64,000 bases of DNA from Macrostomum lignano (GCA_002269645.1 NIVC01000633.1:124001-188000); one strand, 5' to 3'; counted from the first letter of the stretch, positions 31,394 to 44,185 are shown. Notes: generated from the letters alone by a model not told the origin. Program-made: numbers and translations.

Positions 31394-32734
31394 CACCCAT
31401 CTCCAAAGCTGGCCGCTCAAAGCCGCCAGTCCGCGGCCCGGTTTCCATGCCAGCCAATGCCGAGCAGCCCCCAGCACTGATTATCAATTCAATTCTCATA
31501 TCGAATTTCGCACGCGCGCGCAGCCGCGCAAAAGCCAAATTTTCGACTCGAATTCGCGCAGAACTCGGCAAGGCCGGAGCCGCAAGGCGGGGAGTCGCAG
31601 ACTGCGCAGATCGGCCTGCCAGGCAGCTGCGGGGACAGCCGGATTAGCAATAATTGCGCAAATTGATAGCGCATTGCTGTAAACACGGGCAAACAAACAC
31701 AGGCCGCGAGCGCCGCCGCAGTCACAGAAAGGCGCTCCGGAAAAATACGAGTATCAGAGGGAAAGCAAAAATCATTCGCAGAGCAAAAGGAAGTTTTTAA
31801 GCCATAAAAAATGCCTACAGGCCGCAAGTGTTTACGCTGGCCTACCGCTGTTTTCTCTGCGCATCGGCTCCCCTTTCGCTGATTTTGGATCATCAATTGG
31901 CTGTAATCGCACATCGCGCCAGAGCTGCCTGCCGCAATCTAACATTTGCAAGCCCTTATCGCACAGATGCACAAGATAGCCGCGGCTCGGACTGGGCCCG
32001 CTATGATATAAAAATCTGAGGCTGTCTCTTTGCTGCAGCCGCGTCTGCTTTTTCTTCAATTGGCTTCTTCTATGATACATTACAGTGCTTGACTGCCGCG
32101 CCGCAGTGCGCGAGTGCTTTTTCTTATCAGCCGCCCCCCCCCCACACCACCCGGGCACATACGAGCGGGCGAGCTCTGTGTGGTGCCATTTTTTGCAACA
32201 AGCGGCTTTGAGGCAGGCCGTGCGGGATCGAGAGAGAGAGAGAGGGAGAGGAAGAGAGGCAGAGAGAGAGCAATCGGGGCTGCTGAAAAATGCCTGCCTG
32301 CTGCTAACTAGCTGCTGCTGCTGCTGCTACTGCTGCTGCTGCTGCCGGCACTGCAATCAATCAGAGCAGCGGTGCGCTGCTCTTATCTATTATTAAAGCA
32401 CCAGTGCAGCGGCAGGCAAGAAGTCCTCGCTGACGGGTTTATTGCTCGGTTTTTTAGCTGCACGCACCAACAAGCGCTTGGAGACTGCAGAGTTGGCAAC
32501 CCCCACCCCCCCCCCCCCCCAGATATTCGACTCTATCGGACTCTAACTGGCTACTGTGTGTAGCTGCACTCAACCCTGGCTTGAGTCTCTGCATGGCTAA
32601 ATGTGTGCTCAGCAAGCCAGGCTGACCTGAACTTAATTAGCTACTTGTGCAGCAATCTGCTTCACCATGCCACACTGCAAGCATTTCTGGCTGTCGTGCA
32701 GGATTGTGGAGTGCAACATTTGATCGTGTATCGC

Positions 32735-33505
32735 ATCAAAAGAACTCCAGAAGCAATTTCAACACAAGCAGAAAACCACAAGAACTCCAGAAGCAATTTC
32801 AACACAAGCAGAAAACCACAAGAACTCTAGAAACAATTTTAACCAGAAAACTACAAGAACTCTAAAAGCAATGTAACCACAAGCAGAAAACCACAAGAAC
32901 TCCAGAAGCAAGTTCAACACAAGCAGAAGACCACAAGAACTCTAGAAGCAATGTCAACAAGCAGAAAACTACAAGAACCCTAAAAGCAATGCAACCACAA
33001 GCAGAAAACCACAAGAACTCCAGAAGCAATGTCAACAAGCAGAAAACTACAAGAACCCTAAAAGCAATGCAACCACAAGCAGAAAACCACAAGAACTCCA
33101 GAAGCAATGTCAACACAAGCAGAAAACTACAAGAACCCTAAAAGCAATGTAACCACAAGCAGAAGACCACAAAAACTCCAGAAGCAATTTCAACACAAGC
33201 AGAAGACCACAAGAACTCTAGAAGCAATGTCAACAAGCAGAAAACTACAAGAACCCTAAAAGCAATGCAACCACAAGCAGAAAACCACAAGAACTCCAGA
33301 AGCAATGTCAACACAAGCAGAAAACTACAAGAACCCTAAAAGCAATGTAACCACAAGCAGAAGACCACAAAAACTCCAGAAGCAATTTCAACACAAGCAG
33401 AAGACCACAAGAACTCTAGAAGCAATGTCAACAAGCAGAAAACTACAAGAACCCTAAAAGCAATGCAACCACAAGCAGAAAACCACAAAATCCCCAGAAG
33501 CAATT
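32735..33505. repeat. A/C-rich complex tandem repeat (~40-bp units)
   Basis: Recurrent ACAAGCAGAAAACCACAAGAACTCCAGAAGCAAT variants with higher-order repetition. Confidence 0.88.
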
Positions 33506-34367
33506 CAATAAATCGAGGTGCCCCCAAAGATCAGAAGTCTAGCTAGGGTAAAACTTGATGCAATTTTAGCTGCACGAGAGCACACCTGGCACCGCGAATT
33601 GGCAGACTGGCATTTTGGCAGGCTGTCAGTGCCGGCATAAACAGGCTGCAAACCGTAGCTCGCATAGACAGACAAACACAAGGCCTGCCTGTGCTGAATA
33701 AAACAGTGCAGAGAGAAGGAAGTTCAAAGCTTTTTGTTCTCGATTCTTCCTATCACAGCGACCGGAATCGGGAACTTCGATCTCGATACCACCGTCTGGG
33801 GCACCGGCTCCGAGACCTGTGCTGGCCCCCGAATTCGCCCACATTCTGGACAGTTTACAGTTCAGTCGGGCTGGTGGTGAACCAGTTTCTGGAGACCGAA
33901 TTCTGCACGGATCCCCCCCCCTGAGCTCGCTGTACACTCCTGCATTGCGGCGGTCTGGCGCGAGTCACTGACCCCCCCCCCCGGAGACCCCAATCGCAAT
34001 GCGCTATTATTGTGCCTCTCGTAGAGAAAATTTACAAATTTACGACCCGAACCCCCGTCACAGTATTGCATGTAAACAAATACACTGCCTGCTATATACA
34101 GCTTCGATTTCGATTGACGATCGAGCATCAGGCTCGACTCGATTGCGCTTCAGCCTCTTGCGAGCATAAGTGGCTAGCAACAATTATTAACCATATTTGG
34201 GGTTGGGGCGCAGCAGGCAGTTCAGCATTGGCAGTGCAGCAATGTTGCCCATCAGAGGGACTGGATTCATGGACGCCTGGATAATCCTACTTTAATGTGT
34301 ATTTATTAATTCGATCTAAGCTAGGCAGTAAAAGCATTCGAAAATTTATACAGGATTAAAGATAGGT

Positions 34368-34670
34368 AATGATAATAATAATAATTGATTGCACCTGCCC
34401 CAGTTGGGCCAGATGTGCAACCGACAGCTCGCCCGCAGCTATTACAGGGCGCATCTGAAGGCTGCGTACGGCTGTTCAGTCCAAGGACTGGGGGGGGGGG
34501 TCGCCACACACCCTCAATTATCCCAGCTAATGCTGGGTGAACTGAAGCAATGTAGACTTGAGTGTCTTGCTCAAGGACACAAATTGTTCCGAGTTGGTCG
34601 AGAAATGAGAATCGAACCCAGACCTTTCAGCCGTGAGTCCGACGCTCTAACCACTAGGCTACAAGGATTC
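34368..34670 (-). mobile_element. tRNA-derived SINE with a CORE-like domain and (ATT)n tail
   Basis: Minus strand reads TAGCCTAGTGGTTAGAGCG (A box), GGTTCGATTC (B box), then GTGTCCTTGAGCAAGACACT...TGCTTCAGTT (MIR/CORE-like), ending in an ATT-repeat tail. Confidence 0.72.
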
Positions 34671-35306
34671 CCGGCTCTTAATAAGCGAAATTTAGGCTGC
34701 TTCATTTGTTTAAATACACCCAACTCGGATAAACTCTGACACCTGTGAATTCGAGACGATTGCTCACTTTTCCTCCCTGAGAAAATTGGATTAGCAAGCA
34801 ACCGATGCAGATGAACATTCGCCTCGAAAATCAATAAATCTCCCCGCGGCCCAAACCCCGCCAAAGATCTTCGCGCGGCAATCGCGGAATCGAATAATTT
34901 ATGAACTCGATTGCGAGGGCCCCGAACTCGGTCGGGCCCTGCAATTTTATGGCGCGGTGCGCGGCTCAAAGCCAGCCACTCAGTCAGAAAAACGACTCCC
35001 CAGCGGCTGCCGCATCATGAGCAGATGGAGCAGCTCGGGCAGCAGATGGGATCATTACAAATTATGACCGCCATCACCTCGGCTGGGAGGTCATGAAAAC
35101 GCCGAGCTCGGTGCACTCAAGCACCTGGCTCTCCGCACTGCTCAGAGAGTAAGCATTGCGTTTTATAGCGCAAGGAGCTCACAAATAGCGCATAAAATAT
35201 GAAAGAAATGATGGGGATCGGATGCTGTTCCGTGACTCATCCCGTCAAATCCCCCAACCTGAGTGCCCGCGTTTTCGGATACATCCAGCGAATCTTTAGC
35301 GATCAA

Positions 35307-36127
35307 ACTCGCTTAGCCAGTGAATGGGACAGCAACAGACTCGCTTAGCCAGTGAATGGGACAGCAACAGACTCGCTTAGCCAGTGAGTGGGACAGCAAC
35401 AGACTCGCTTAGCCAGTGAATGGGACAGCAGCAGACTCGCTTAGCCAGTGAGTGGGACAGCAACAGACTCGCTTAGCCAGTGAGTGGGACAGCAACAGAC
35501 TCGCTTAGCCAGTGAGTGGGACAGCAACAGACTCGCTTAGCCAGTGAGTGGGACAGCAACAGACTCGCTTAGCCAGTGAATGGGACAGCAACAGACTCGC
35601 TTAGCCAGTGAATGGGACAGCAACAGACTCGCTTAGCCAGTGAGTGGGACAGCAACAGACTCGCTTAGCCAGTGAGTGGGACAGCAACAGACTCGCTTAG
35701 CCAGTGAATGGGACAGCAACAGACTCGCTTAGCCAGTGAGTGGGACAGCAACAGACTCGCTTAACCAGTGAATGGGACAGCAACAGACTCGCTTAGCCAG
35801 TGAATGTGACAGCAACAGACTCGCTTAGCCAGTGAGTGGGACAGCAGCAGACTTGCTTAGCCAGTGAGTGGGACAGAAACAGACTCGCTTAGCCAGTGAA
35901 TGGGACAGCAACAGACTCGCTTAGCCAGTGAGTGGGACAGCAACAGACTCGCTTAACCAGTGAATGGGACAGCAACAGACTCGCTTAGCCAGTGAATGGG
36001 ACAGCAACAGACTCGCTTAGCCAGTGAATGGGACAGCAACAGACTCGCTTAGCCAGTGAATGGGACAGCAACAGACTCGCTTAGCCAGTGAGTGGGACAG
36101 AAACAGACTCGCTTAGCCAGTGAATGG
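35307..36127. repeat. 32-bp minisatellite (~25 copies)
   Basis: Unit ACTCGCTTAGCCAGTGA(A/G)TGGGACAGCAACAG. Confidence 0.95.
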
Positions 36128-36539
36128 ATTTCAGTAAAACATACGTACGTATTGAGCCCTACAATTAATGGCCCAGCAACACAACAGCGAATTTTCTGTA
36201 TTTACGAATCAATTATATTAAGCAGGAGACAGGCGCGCAACATTTGAGTATAATAGAAATTTTCGGCTACACAAAAAGAGCAAAAATGCTATTGAAGCAC
36301 AGCACAGGACATTTGTTGAGTCGCAAAGCATTTGAATGAATTGTAATAATAATTTAGCATAGCATTGCCCAAGTATTCATTCTTAACTAAGGTGTAATTT
36401 AAACCATCTAGATGGTCAAATGTTTGTCACCATTGCCCCATTGTGCCAATTTGTCAAGCATTTCTTGCCCCTGTCTTGGGGCCTTCAATTCTACATGACT
36501 AAATTCCTACATTATTTTGGGAATCGGTTGTTATCCGTA

Positions 36540-37690
36540 GCACTCATTTTGGCACTGCAGACACTCATTTTGGCACTGCAGACACTCATTTTGGCACTGC
36601 AGGCATTCATTTTGGCGCTGCAGACATTCATTTTGGCACTGCAGACATTCATTTTGGCACTGCAGACATTCATTTTGGCGCTGCAGACATTCATTTTGGC
36701 GCTGCAGACACTCATTTTGGCACTGCAGGCATTCATTTTGGCGCTGCAGACACTCATTTTGGCACTGCAGGCATTCATTTTGGCGCTGCAGACACTCATT
36801 TTGGCACTGCAGGCATTCATTTTGGCGCTGCAGACATTCATTTTGGCGCTGCAGACATTCATTTTGGCGCTGCAGACATTCATTTTGGCGCTGCAGACAT
36901 TCATTTTGGCGCTGCAGACATTCATTTTGGCGCTGCAGACACTCATTTTGGCGCTGCAGACACTCATTTTGGCGCTGCAGACACTCATTTTGGCGCTGCA
37001 GACACTCATTTTGGCACTGCAGACACTCATTTTGGCGCTGCAGACACTCATTTTGGCACTGCAGACACTCATTTTGGCGCTGCAGACACTCATTTTGGCA
37101 CTGCAGGCATTCATTTTGGCACTGCAGGCATTCATTTTGGCGCTGCAGACATTCATTTTGGCGCTGCAGACACTCATTTTGGCGCTGCAGACACTCATTT
37201 TGGCACTGCAGACATTCATTTTGGCGCTGCAGACATTCATTTTGGCACTGCAGGCATTCATTTTGGCACTGCAGGCATTCATTTTGGCGCTGCAGACACT
37301 CATTTTGGCGCTGCAGACATTCATTTTGGCGCTGCAGACACTCATTTTGGCACTGCAGGCATTCATTTTGGCGCTGCAGACATTCATTTTGGCGCTGCAG
37401 ACATTCATTTTGGCGCTGCAGACATTCATTTTGGCGCTGCAGACATTCATTTTGGCGCTGCAGACACTCATTTTGGCGCTGCAGACACTCATTTTGGCGC
37501 TGCAGACACTCATTTTGGCGCCGCATGCACTCATTTTGGCGCTACAGACATCCAATTTAGCGCCGAAGGCAGGCACTCATTTTGGCGCTACAGACATCCA
37601 ATTTAGCGCCGAAGGCAGGCATTCATTTTGGCGCTGCAGACATTCAATTTAGCGCCGAAGGCAGGCACTCATTTTGGCGCTGCAGACACT
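36540..37690. repeat. 21-bp minisatellite (~50 copies, degenerate at the right end)
   Basis: Unit CA(C/T)TCATTTTGGC(A/G)CTGCAG(A/G). The long ORFs in three frames are repeat translations. Confidence 0.95.
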
Positions 37691-37956
37691 TATTTTGGTA
37701 CCCTGAAGCAAAAGTTATTGATTTCTATAAAGGGTCACAAGGATTTCTTTGCGTTGTTGCGTCCGTCCTGCTAAATTCGGAGAGACGGTAAGTAGTTTAT
37801 GGTGAAAAGCCAGGCTTAGATGAGGCAAGATATGCTATAATAGCCAGGTAGTAAACAACCCAAATAAAGTGCACACGGTTAACTTAAACCAGTCAATGTT
37901 CAGTCCCTATGATGAAACTTCTGAGACTCTCTGCTCAGAGTGAGCTAGCAGACAGC

Positions 37957-38268
37957 TCACATGCCATCAGACTGCTTGCGCAGCAGCACGTACAGGCGCT
38001 CCTTGATCCAGTCTTTGTTGTGGGGCACGTAGGTTCCGCTGGGCCGGTTGAGCACAAGGCAGCTGAGGTCGCCCAGGCTTTCAATGAAGTCAAACAGCTG
38101 GGCAATGTCATACGTGATGGTGGGCGCCTGCGGGTTGCTCGCCTTCAGGTGCTCCTCAAAGACGCGGCAAACGCCGTCCAGACAGGCTTCGATGCTGTTG
38201 TAGTCGGCCCAGACGCGACCGTCCAGACGGCGAAGGTCGGGCTGGATGAGCAGGATGGAGTGCGACAT
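37957..38268 (-). CDS. ERH: Enhancer of rudimentary homolog (103 aa, single coding exon)
   Basis: MSHSILLIQP...RVWADYNSIEACLDGVCRVFEEHLK..NP..PTITYDI.QLFDFI..L.DLSCLV...TYVPHNKDWIKERLYVLLR is the unmistakable ERH signature. Confidence 0.95.
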   Translation of the reverse strand: MSHSILLIQPDLRRLDGRVWADYNSIEACLDGVCRVFEEHLKASNPQAPTITYDIAQLFDFIESLGDLSCLVLNRPSGTYVPHNKDWIKERLYVLLRKQSDGM

Positions 38269-38295
38269 GGCGGCTGCGGGCGGCAACGGGGGATC

Positions 38296-38995
38296 GGCTG
38301 CAGTTGGAAGCGGCAAGGTTACAGGGGACGGACCCGATCGCTGCAGTTGGAAGCGGCAAGGTTACAGGGGACTGACCCGATTGCTGCAGTTGGAGCCGGC
38401 AAGGTTACAGGGGCTGACCCGATTGCTGCAGTTGGAGCCGGCAAGGTTACAGGGGACTGACCCGATTGCTGCAGTTGGAAGCGGCAAGGTTACAGGGGAC
38501 GGACCCGATTGCTGAAGTTGGAAGCGGCAAGGTTACAGGGGACGGACCCGATTGCTGCAGTTGGAAGCGGCAAGGTTACAGGGGACGGACCCGATTGCTG
38601 AAGTTGGAAGCGGCAAGGTTACAGGGGACTGACCCGATTGCTGCAGTTGGAGCCGGCAAGGTTACAGGGGACTGACCCGATTGCTGCAGTTGGAAGCGGC
38701 AAGGTTACAGGGGACTGACCCGATTGCTGCAGTTGGAGCCGGCAAGGTTACAGGGGACTGACCCGATTGCTGCAGTTGGAAGCGGCAAGGTTACAGGGGA
38801 CTGACCCGATTGCTGCAGTTGGAAGCGGCAAGGTTACAGGGGACTGACCCGATTGCTGCAGTTGGAGCCGGCAAGGTTACAGGGGACTGACCCGATTGCT
38901 GCAGTTGGAAGCGGCAAGGTTACAGGGGACTGACCCGATCGCTGCAGTTGGAGCCGGCAAGGTTACAGGGGACTGACCTGAATGCTGCAGTTGAA
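38296..38995. repeat. 43-bp minisatellite (~16 copies) immediately upstream of ERH
   Basis: Unit GCTGCAGTTGGA(A/G)CGGCAAGGTTACAGGGGACTGACCCGATT. Confidence 0.93.
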
Positions 38996-39441
38996 GGCTA
39001 ACAGTTTGATCTGACATCATTCCACACTACTAAAAGTAGCATTTGCGGGGAGATTAAGGACAAAAATTTTGTTACTACCAAAAATTCCATTTCAATAGCA
39101 CACAATTATGGGCATGTTTGTATTTCAGGTGAGCTGGATGAGCAGAAAGAATGTTGCAAATATGAAAAGCGCTGACTGAATGATGAGCACTGTACAAAAG
39201 TTTAGCTATGCCAGCCCAGATTGCCACCCGCTTCAAGCCTTTGAGTTTTAGGCTGGAACACACTAAATAGCAATTTACATGTTCACCGGGCAATAACATT
39301 GTTACATTTTGTTGATAATAAAAATAATAACATGCGATTTACCCTTCCAAGCACTCTATTATTAAGGCAACGAGGCATTTAGCCATGTAAAAACTGGCTA
39401 GTTACTCCCCCCGTTTACCCGCAAGCCCAACAAACAGAGAG

Positions 39442-39758
39442 TTACACATAAAGGTCAAAGTCAATCCTGGTGGACGAGTAAAACGGCGCGTCCGGAGCGG
39501 CGTCCCGTTTCCGAACAAAGACTGTCCGGTGGCCGCCCGGCCAGCCCGTGTCCGACTCCGCCCACTCCAGCATCCGCTGCGAGCTGAACGGCCCCATCAG
39601 TTCGGCATTCGGATCGTCAGAAACTCGATAGTACCAGAACACCCCGCCCTCCTCGGCCATCTCGGAGTCTTTGTTCTCGGTCTTTGTCTGGTCGTCTTTG
39701 CTATTGGTATCGGTGAGTCCGCCAGTCGGCTCGTCCTCCGCAAACATGTCGACGCCGC
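39442..39758 (-). CDS. CD2BP2: CD2BP2/U5-52K coding exon 3 (GYF domain)
   Basis: ELMGPFSSQRMLEW...FYSSTRIDFDLYV*, matching the CD2BP2 C-terminus (RIDFDLY). Acceptor ATCCGCAG, phase 1. Confidence 0.88.
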
Positions 39759-39778
39759 CTGCGGATTGCGATAGAGTT

Positions 39779-40307
39779 CAGGGGTGCCGGTGTCAGCTGT
39801 GCCTGATCTACAGGGGTGCCAGTGTCAGCTGTGCCTGATCTACAGGGGTGCCGGTGTCAGCTGTGCCTGATCTACAGGGGTGCCGGTGTCAGCTGTGCCT
39901 GATCTACAGGGGTGCCGGTGTCAGCTGTGCCTGATCTACAGGGGTGCCGGTGTCAGCTGTGCCTGATCTACAGGGGTGCCGGTGTCAGCTGTGCCTGATC
40001 TACAGGGGTGCCGGTGTCAGCTGTGCCTGATCTACATGGGTGCCAGAGTCAGCTGTGCCTGATCTACAGGGGTGCCGGTGTCAGCTGTGCCTGATCCCCA
40101 GGGGTGCCGGTGTCAGCTGTGCCTGATCTACATGGGTGCCAGAGTCAGCTGTGCCTGATCTACAGGGGTGCCGGTGTCAGCTGTGCCTGATCTACATGGG
40201 TGCCGGTGTCAGCTGTGCCTGATCTACAGGGGTGCCAGAGTCAGCTGTGCCTGATCTACAGGGGTGCCGGTGTCAGCTGTGCCTGATCTACAGGGGTGCC
40301 GGTGTCA
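39779..40307. repeat. 32-bp minisatellite filling CD2BP2 intron 2
   Basis: Unit GGGGTGCCGGTGTCAGCTGTGCCTGATCTACA, about 16 copies. Confidence 0.95.
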
Positions 40308-40318
40308 GGATTTTTTAC

Positions 40319-40838
40319 CTGTCGTAGCCGCGGCCGCCTCAGCGTCGCCGACCCCGCCCAGCCTGGCAAGCTGCGCAGCGTCCATCTGGTAGGCGGTCAT
40401 GTGACCCGCGGACACGAGCCGGCCGGCCAGCTCGGACAGCGCTAGCATTCGCTCGCGATTGGCCGCGGCGGCAGCCGCCTCCTCCTTAGATGTTCCGGCG
40501 GCGCCGCCCGCCTTCTTCAAGCGCAGGCGCTGCGAGGCGCTTAGCGCCCGATTGGCGCCGCCGCCGAGCCGCTTGATGGCGCCGGCCACGGTCTCGCCGG
40601 GCTGGAGAAAGCCGCGGACGGCCGCGCACAGGTCGGCCAGCTGCGAGAGTCCGAGCTCGTCCGAGCCGCTGTCCGAGTCGCTGCCGCCGGCGCCGCCGTC
40701 CGGGTCGCTGTCTTCGTTGTCCTTGTCGCTGCTGGCGTCCTTCTTAGCGGCGGAGGAGGACGCGGCTGTCGGCGCGGCCTTGCGCTTGACGGACTCCCAG
40801 TCCACGGACTCGAGCCAGCTGTCGTGGATCTCCTTGTC
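40319..40838 (-). CDS. CD2BP2: CD2BP2 coding exon 2
   Basis: DKEIHDSWLESVDW...LQPGETVAGAIKRLG...LSELAGRLV. Acceptor CCCCTCAG, donor G|GTAAAA. 520 bp (phase 1). Confidence 0.85.
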
Positions 40839-41087
40839 CTGAGGGGAAAGAGAATGGGGGATATATAATGGCTTCATTTAATGGGCCGCTGCATCCTGTA
40901 TGCCCGGATTAGTGAGGAGACAAGCAGCTGACCCCTGAACACGTACACGCTCAGTGTACAGCGGCTCTGACTTTCTACGCAGAACGCAGAGTCCGAATCC
41001 ATCTGACCGTGCAAGGAATCGAACTTTAGGGAACCAATGCGCAGTCAGATGCATGACCGCAGTTACTTACTTAGCCCTAGTTCCTGC

Positions 41088-43186
41088 AGAACCCAATGGT
41101 AATACAGCGACCCCTAGAGAACTCAATGGTCCTACAGCGGCCCCTAGAGAACTCAATGGTCCTACAGCGGCCCCTAGAGAACTCAATGGTCCTACAGCGA
41201 CCCCTAGAGAACTCAATGGTCCTACAGCGACCCCTAGAGAACTCAATGGTCCTACAGCGACCCCTAGAGAACTCAATGGTCCTACAGCGGCCCCTAGAGA
41301 ACTCAATGGTCCTACAGCGACCCCTAGAGAACTCAATGGTCCTACAGCGACCCCTAGAGAACTCAATGGTCCTACAGCGACCCCTAGAGAACTCAATGGT
41401 CCTACAGCGACCCCTAGAGAACTCAATGGTCCTACAGCGACCCCTAGAGAACTCAATGGTCCTACAGCGGCCCCAAGAGAACTCAATAGGCCTACAGAGG
41501 CCCCAAGAGAACTCAAAGGCCTACAGAGGCCCCAAGAGAACTCAATAGGCCTACAGAGGCCCCAAGAGAACCCAATGGTCCTACAGCGGCCCCTAGAGAA
41601 CCCAATGGTGCTACACCGGCCCCTAGAGAACCCAATGGTGCTACACCGGCCCCTAGAGAACTCAATGGTCCTACAGCGGCCCCTAGAGAACACAATGGTC
41701 CTACAGCGGCCCCTAGAGAACCCAATGGTGCTACACCGGCCCCTAGAGAACCCAATGGTGCTACACCGGCCCCTAGAGAACTCATTGGTCCTACAGCGGC
41801 CCCTAGAGAACTCATTGGTCCTACAGCGGCCCCTAGAGAACCCAATGGTGCTACACCGGCCCCTAGAGAACCCAATGGTGCTACACCGGCCCCTAGAGAA
41901 CTCAATGGTCCTACAGCGGCCCCTAGAGAACTCATTGGTCCTACAGCGGCCCCTAGAGAACACAATGGTCCTACAGCGGCCCCTAGAGAACTCAATGGTC
42001 CTACAGCGGCCCCTAGAGAACTCATTGGTCCTACAGCGGCCCCTAGAGAACACAATGGTCCTACAGCGGCCCCTAGAGAACTCATTGGTCCTACAGCGGC
42101 CCCTAGAGAACCCATTGGTCCTACAGCGGCCCCTAGAGAACTCAATGGTCCTACACCGGCCCCTAGAGAACACATTGGTCCTACACCGGCCCCTAAAGAA
42201 CCCAATGGTGCTACACCGGCCCCTAGAGAACACATTGGTCCTACAGCGGCCCCTAGAGAACTCAATGGTCCTACAGCGGCCCCTAGAGAACTCAATGGTC
42301 CTACAGCGACCCCTAGAGAACTCAATGGTCCTACAGCGACCCCTAGAGAACTCAATGGTCCTACAGCGACCCCTAGAGAACTCAATGGTCCTACAGCGAC
42401 CCCTAGAGAACTCAATGGTCCTACAGCGACCCCTAGAGAACTCAATGGTCCTACAGCGGCCCCAAGAGAACTCAATAGGCCTACAGAGGCCCCAAGAGAA
42501 CTCAAAGGCCTACAGAGGCCCCAAGAGAACTCAATAGGCCTACAGAGGCCCCAAGAGAACTCAATAGGCCTACAGAGGCCCCAAGAGAACTCAATAGGCC
42601 TACAGAGGCCCCTAGAGAACTCAATGGTCCTACAGCGGCCCCTAGAGAACCCAATGGTCCTACAGCGGCCCCTAGAGAACCCAATGGTCCTACAGCGGCC
42701 CCTAGAGAACACAATGGTCCTACAGCGGCCCCTAGAGAACACATTGGTCCTACAGCGGCCCCTAGAGAACTCATTGGTCCTACAGCGGCCCCTAGAGAAC
42801 CCAATGGTGCTACACCGGCCCCTAGAGAACCCAATGGTGCTACACCGGCCCCTAGAGAACTCAATGGTCCTACAGCGGCCCCTAGAGAACCCAATGGTGC
42901 TACACCGGCCCCTAGAGAACTCAATGGTCCTACAGCGGCCCCTAGAGAACCCAATGGTCCTACAGCGGCCCCTAGAGAACACAATGGTCCTACAGCGGCC
43001 CCTAGAGAACTCATTGGTCCTACAGCGGCCCCTAGAGAACTCATTGGTCCTACACCGGCCCCTAGAGAACCCAATGGTGCTACACCGGCCCCTAGAGAAC
43101 CCAATGGTGCTACACCGGCCCCTAGAGAACTCAATGGTCCTACAGCGGCCCCTAGAGAACTCAATGGTCCTACAGCAGCCCCCGTA
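41088..43186. repeat. 30-bp minisatellite (~70 copies) filling CD2BP2 intron 1
   Basis: Unit CCTACAGCGGCCCCTAGAGAACTCAATGGT with blocks of variants. Confidence 0.96.
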
Positions 43187-43218
43187 GAACCGGATCGCCC
43201 TTCAGCCTCCCAGCGCAC

Positions 43219-43518
43219 CTCCTTGTTGAAGATGTAGCAGCCGGCCGAGTCGAAGTAGCCCTCGCGCATTTCCTCCCGCATGTTGAACGGCGTGATGGCA
43301 ATGCCGTCATCATTAGTGATGGTGGCCTCCTCCTGGCCCTCAATGTCCTCTTCCCGCAGGCGGTCGGCCTCCTCGCCTTTGCCAGCCGCCGACTCGTCGC
43401 CGTCCTCCTCGTCGCTGTCCAGTGTGTGGCTGCCAGCCGGCCGCCTGGGCGGCGGCTCCTCGGCAACAACGGCGGCCTCGGCAAAGCGGACTCGCTTGGC
43501 AGGTGGGGGAGACGACAT
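43219..43518 (-). CDS. CD2BP2: CD2BP2 coding exon 1
   Basis: MSSPPPAKRVRF...HTLDSDEED...EDIEGQEEAT...ITPFNMREEMREGYFDSAGCYIFNKE, the conserved CD2BP2/LIN1 N-terminus. Donor GAG|GTGCGC. Confidence 0.88.
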
Positions 43519-44185
43519 CGCCGGAGCTCAGGGGGTGTCGGGATCGGGCAATCAAAAGCATGCAATGCAGGCAATAATTTCACAAATAGAAGGCAATATT
43601 CATAGACGGTCGCAGAGGTACGACATGCACCAAGGTATTATTATATGTATTATGAATACTAAAATAGACCTTTATGAAAAAATGAATATCTACACGTAGC
43701 TATGCTTATCCTGAGACTATAGAATTGTAATTTGATGATGTAAACAAAAGGGCCTGTCAACTTAAGCTCATAAAGTGGAGCCTGAGTAACCTATGTACAC
43801 AAATGATACGTTATTCTGCTCACAGTAACACCAGGAGCTGGATTTGACAAAAAGATTTACAAAAATTGGACCTGGGATAGGAGAGAACAAGGGGACAATT
43901 AGCGACTATTATATAAACTTAAGCTCATAAGGTGGAGTCACACTTGGCACAGTGCTTAGAATCCATGTCAAAATATCAAAAGTTAACAAAGTTATTTTGC
44001 ATGCTTTGCATAGCAGTGCTATTTTATTGGCATGCTACCACTGCTAGAGCAATGCAGAGTGCCAAAAAGATTTTTGTTGTTGCAACACCTCCCAGGCCCC
44101 CAGTGCATACTTAATAACCCCTAGACATAGCCCATGTACCTTGGAGAGTGACCCCTAGGCATATTTTTGCTGGACCCTTGATATG

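Noticed and set aside
34590-34670. Functional tRNA gene (also 56530-56603)
   Set aside because: Acceptor and anticodon stems do not pair properly and the sequence continues into SINE-type body.
36420-37652. 410-, 354- and 331-aa ORFs, including a coiled-coil-like RQNECLQ repeat
   Set aside because: Three frames are open only because the 21-bp unit lacks stops; no unique coding flanks or splice support.
40954-43187. Long PTATPRELNG / VLQRPLENSM ORFs
   Set aside because: Translations of the 30-bp array inside CD2BP2 intron 1.
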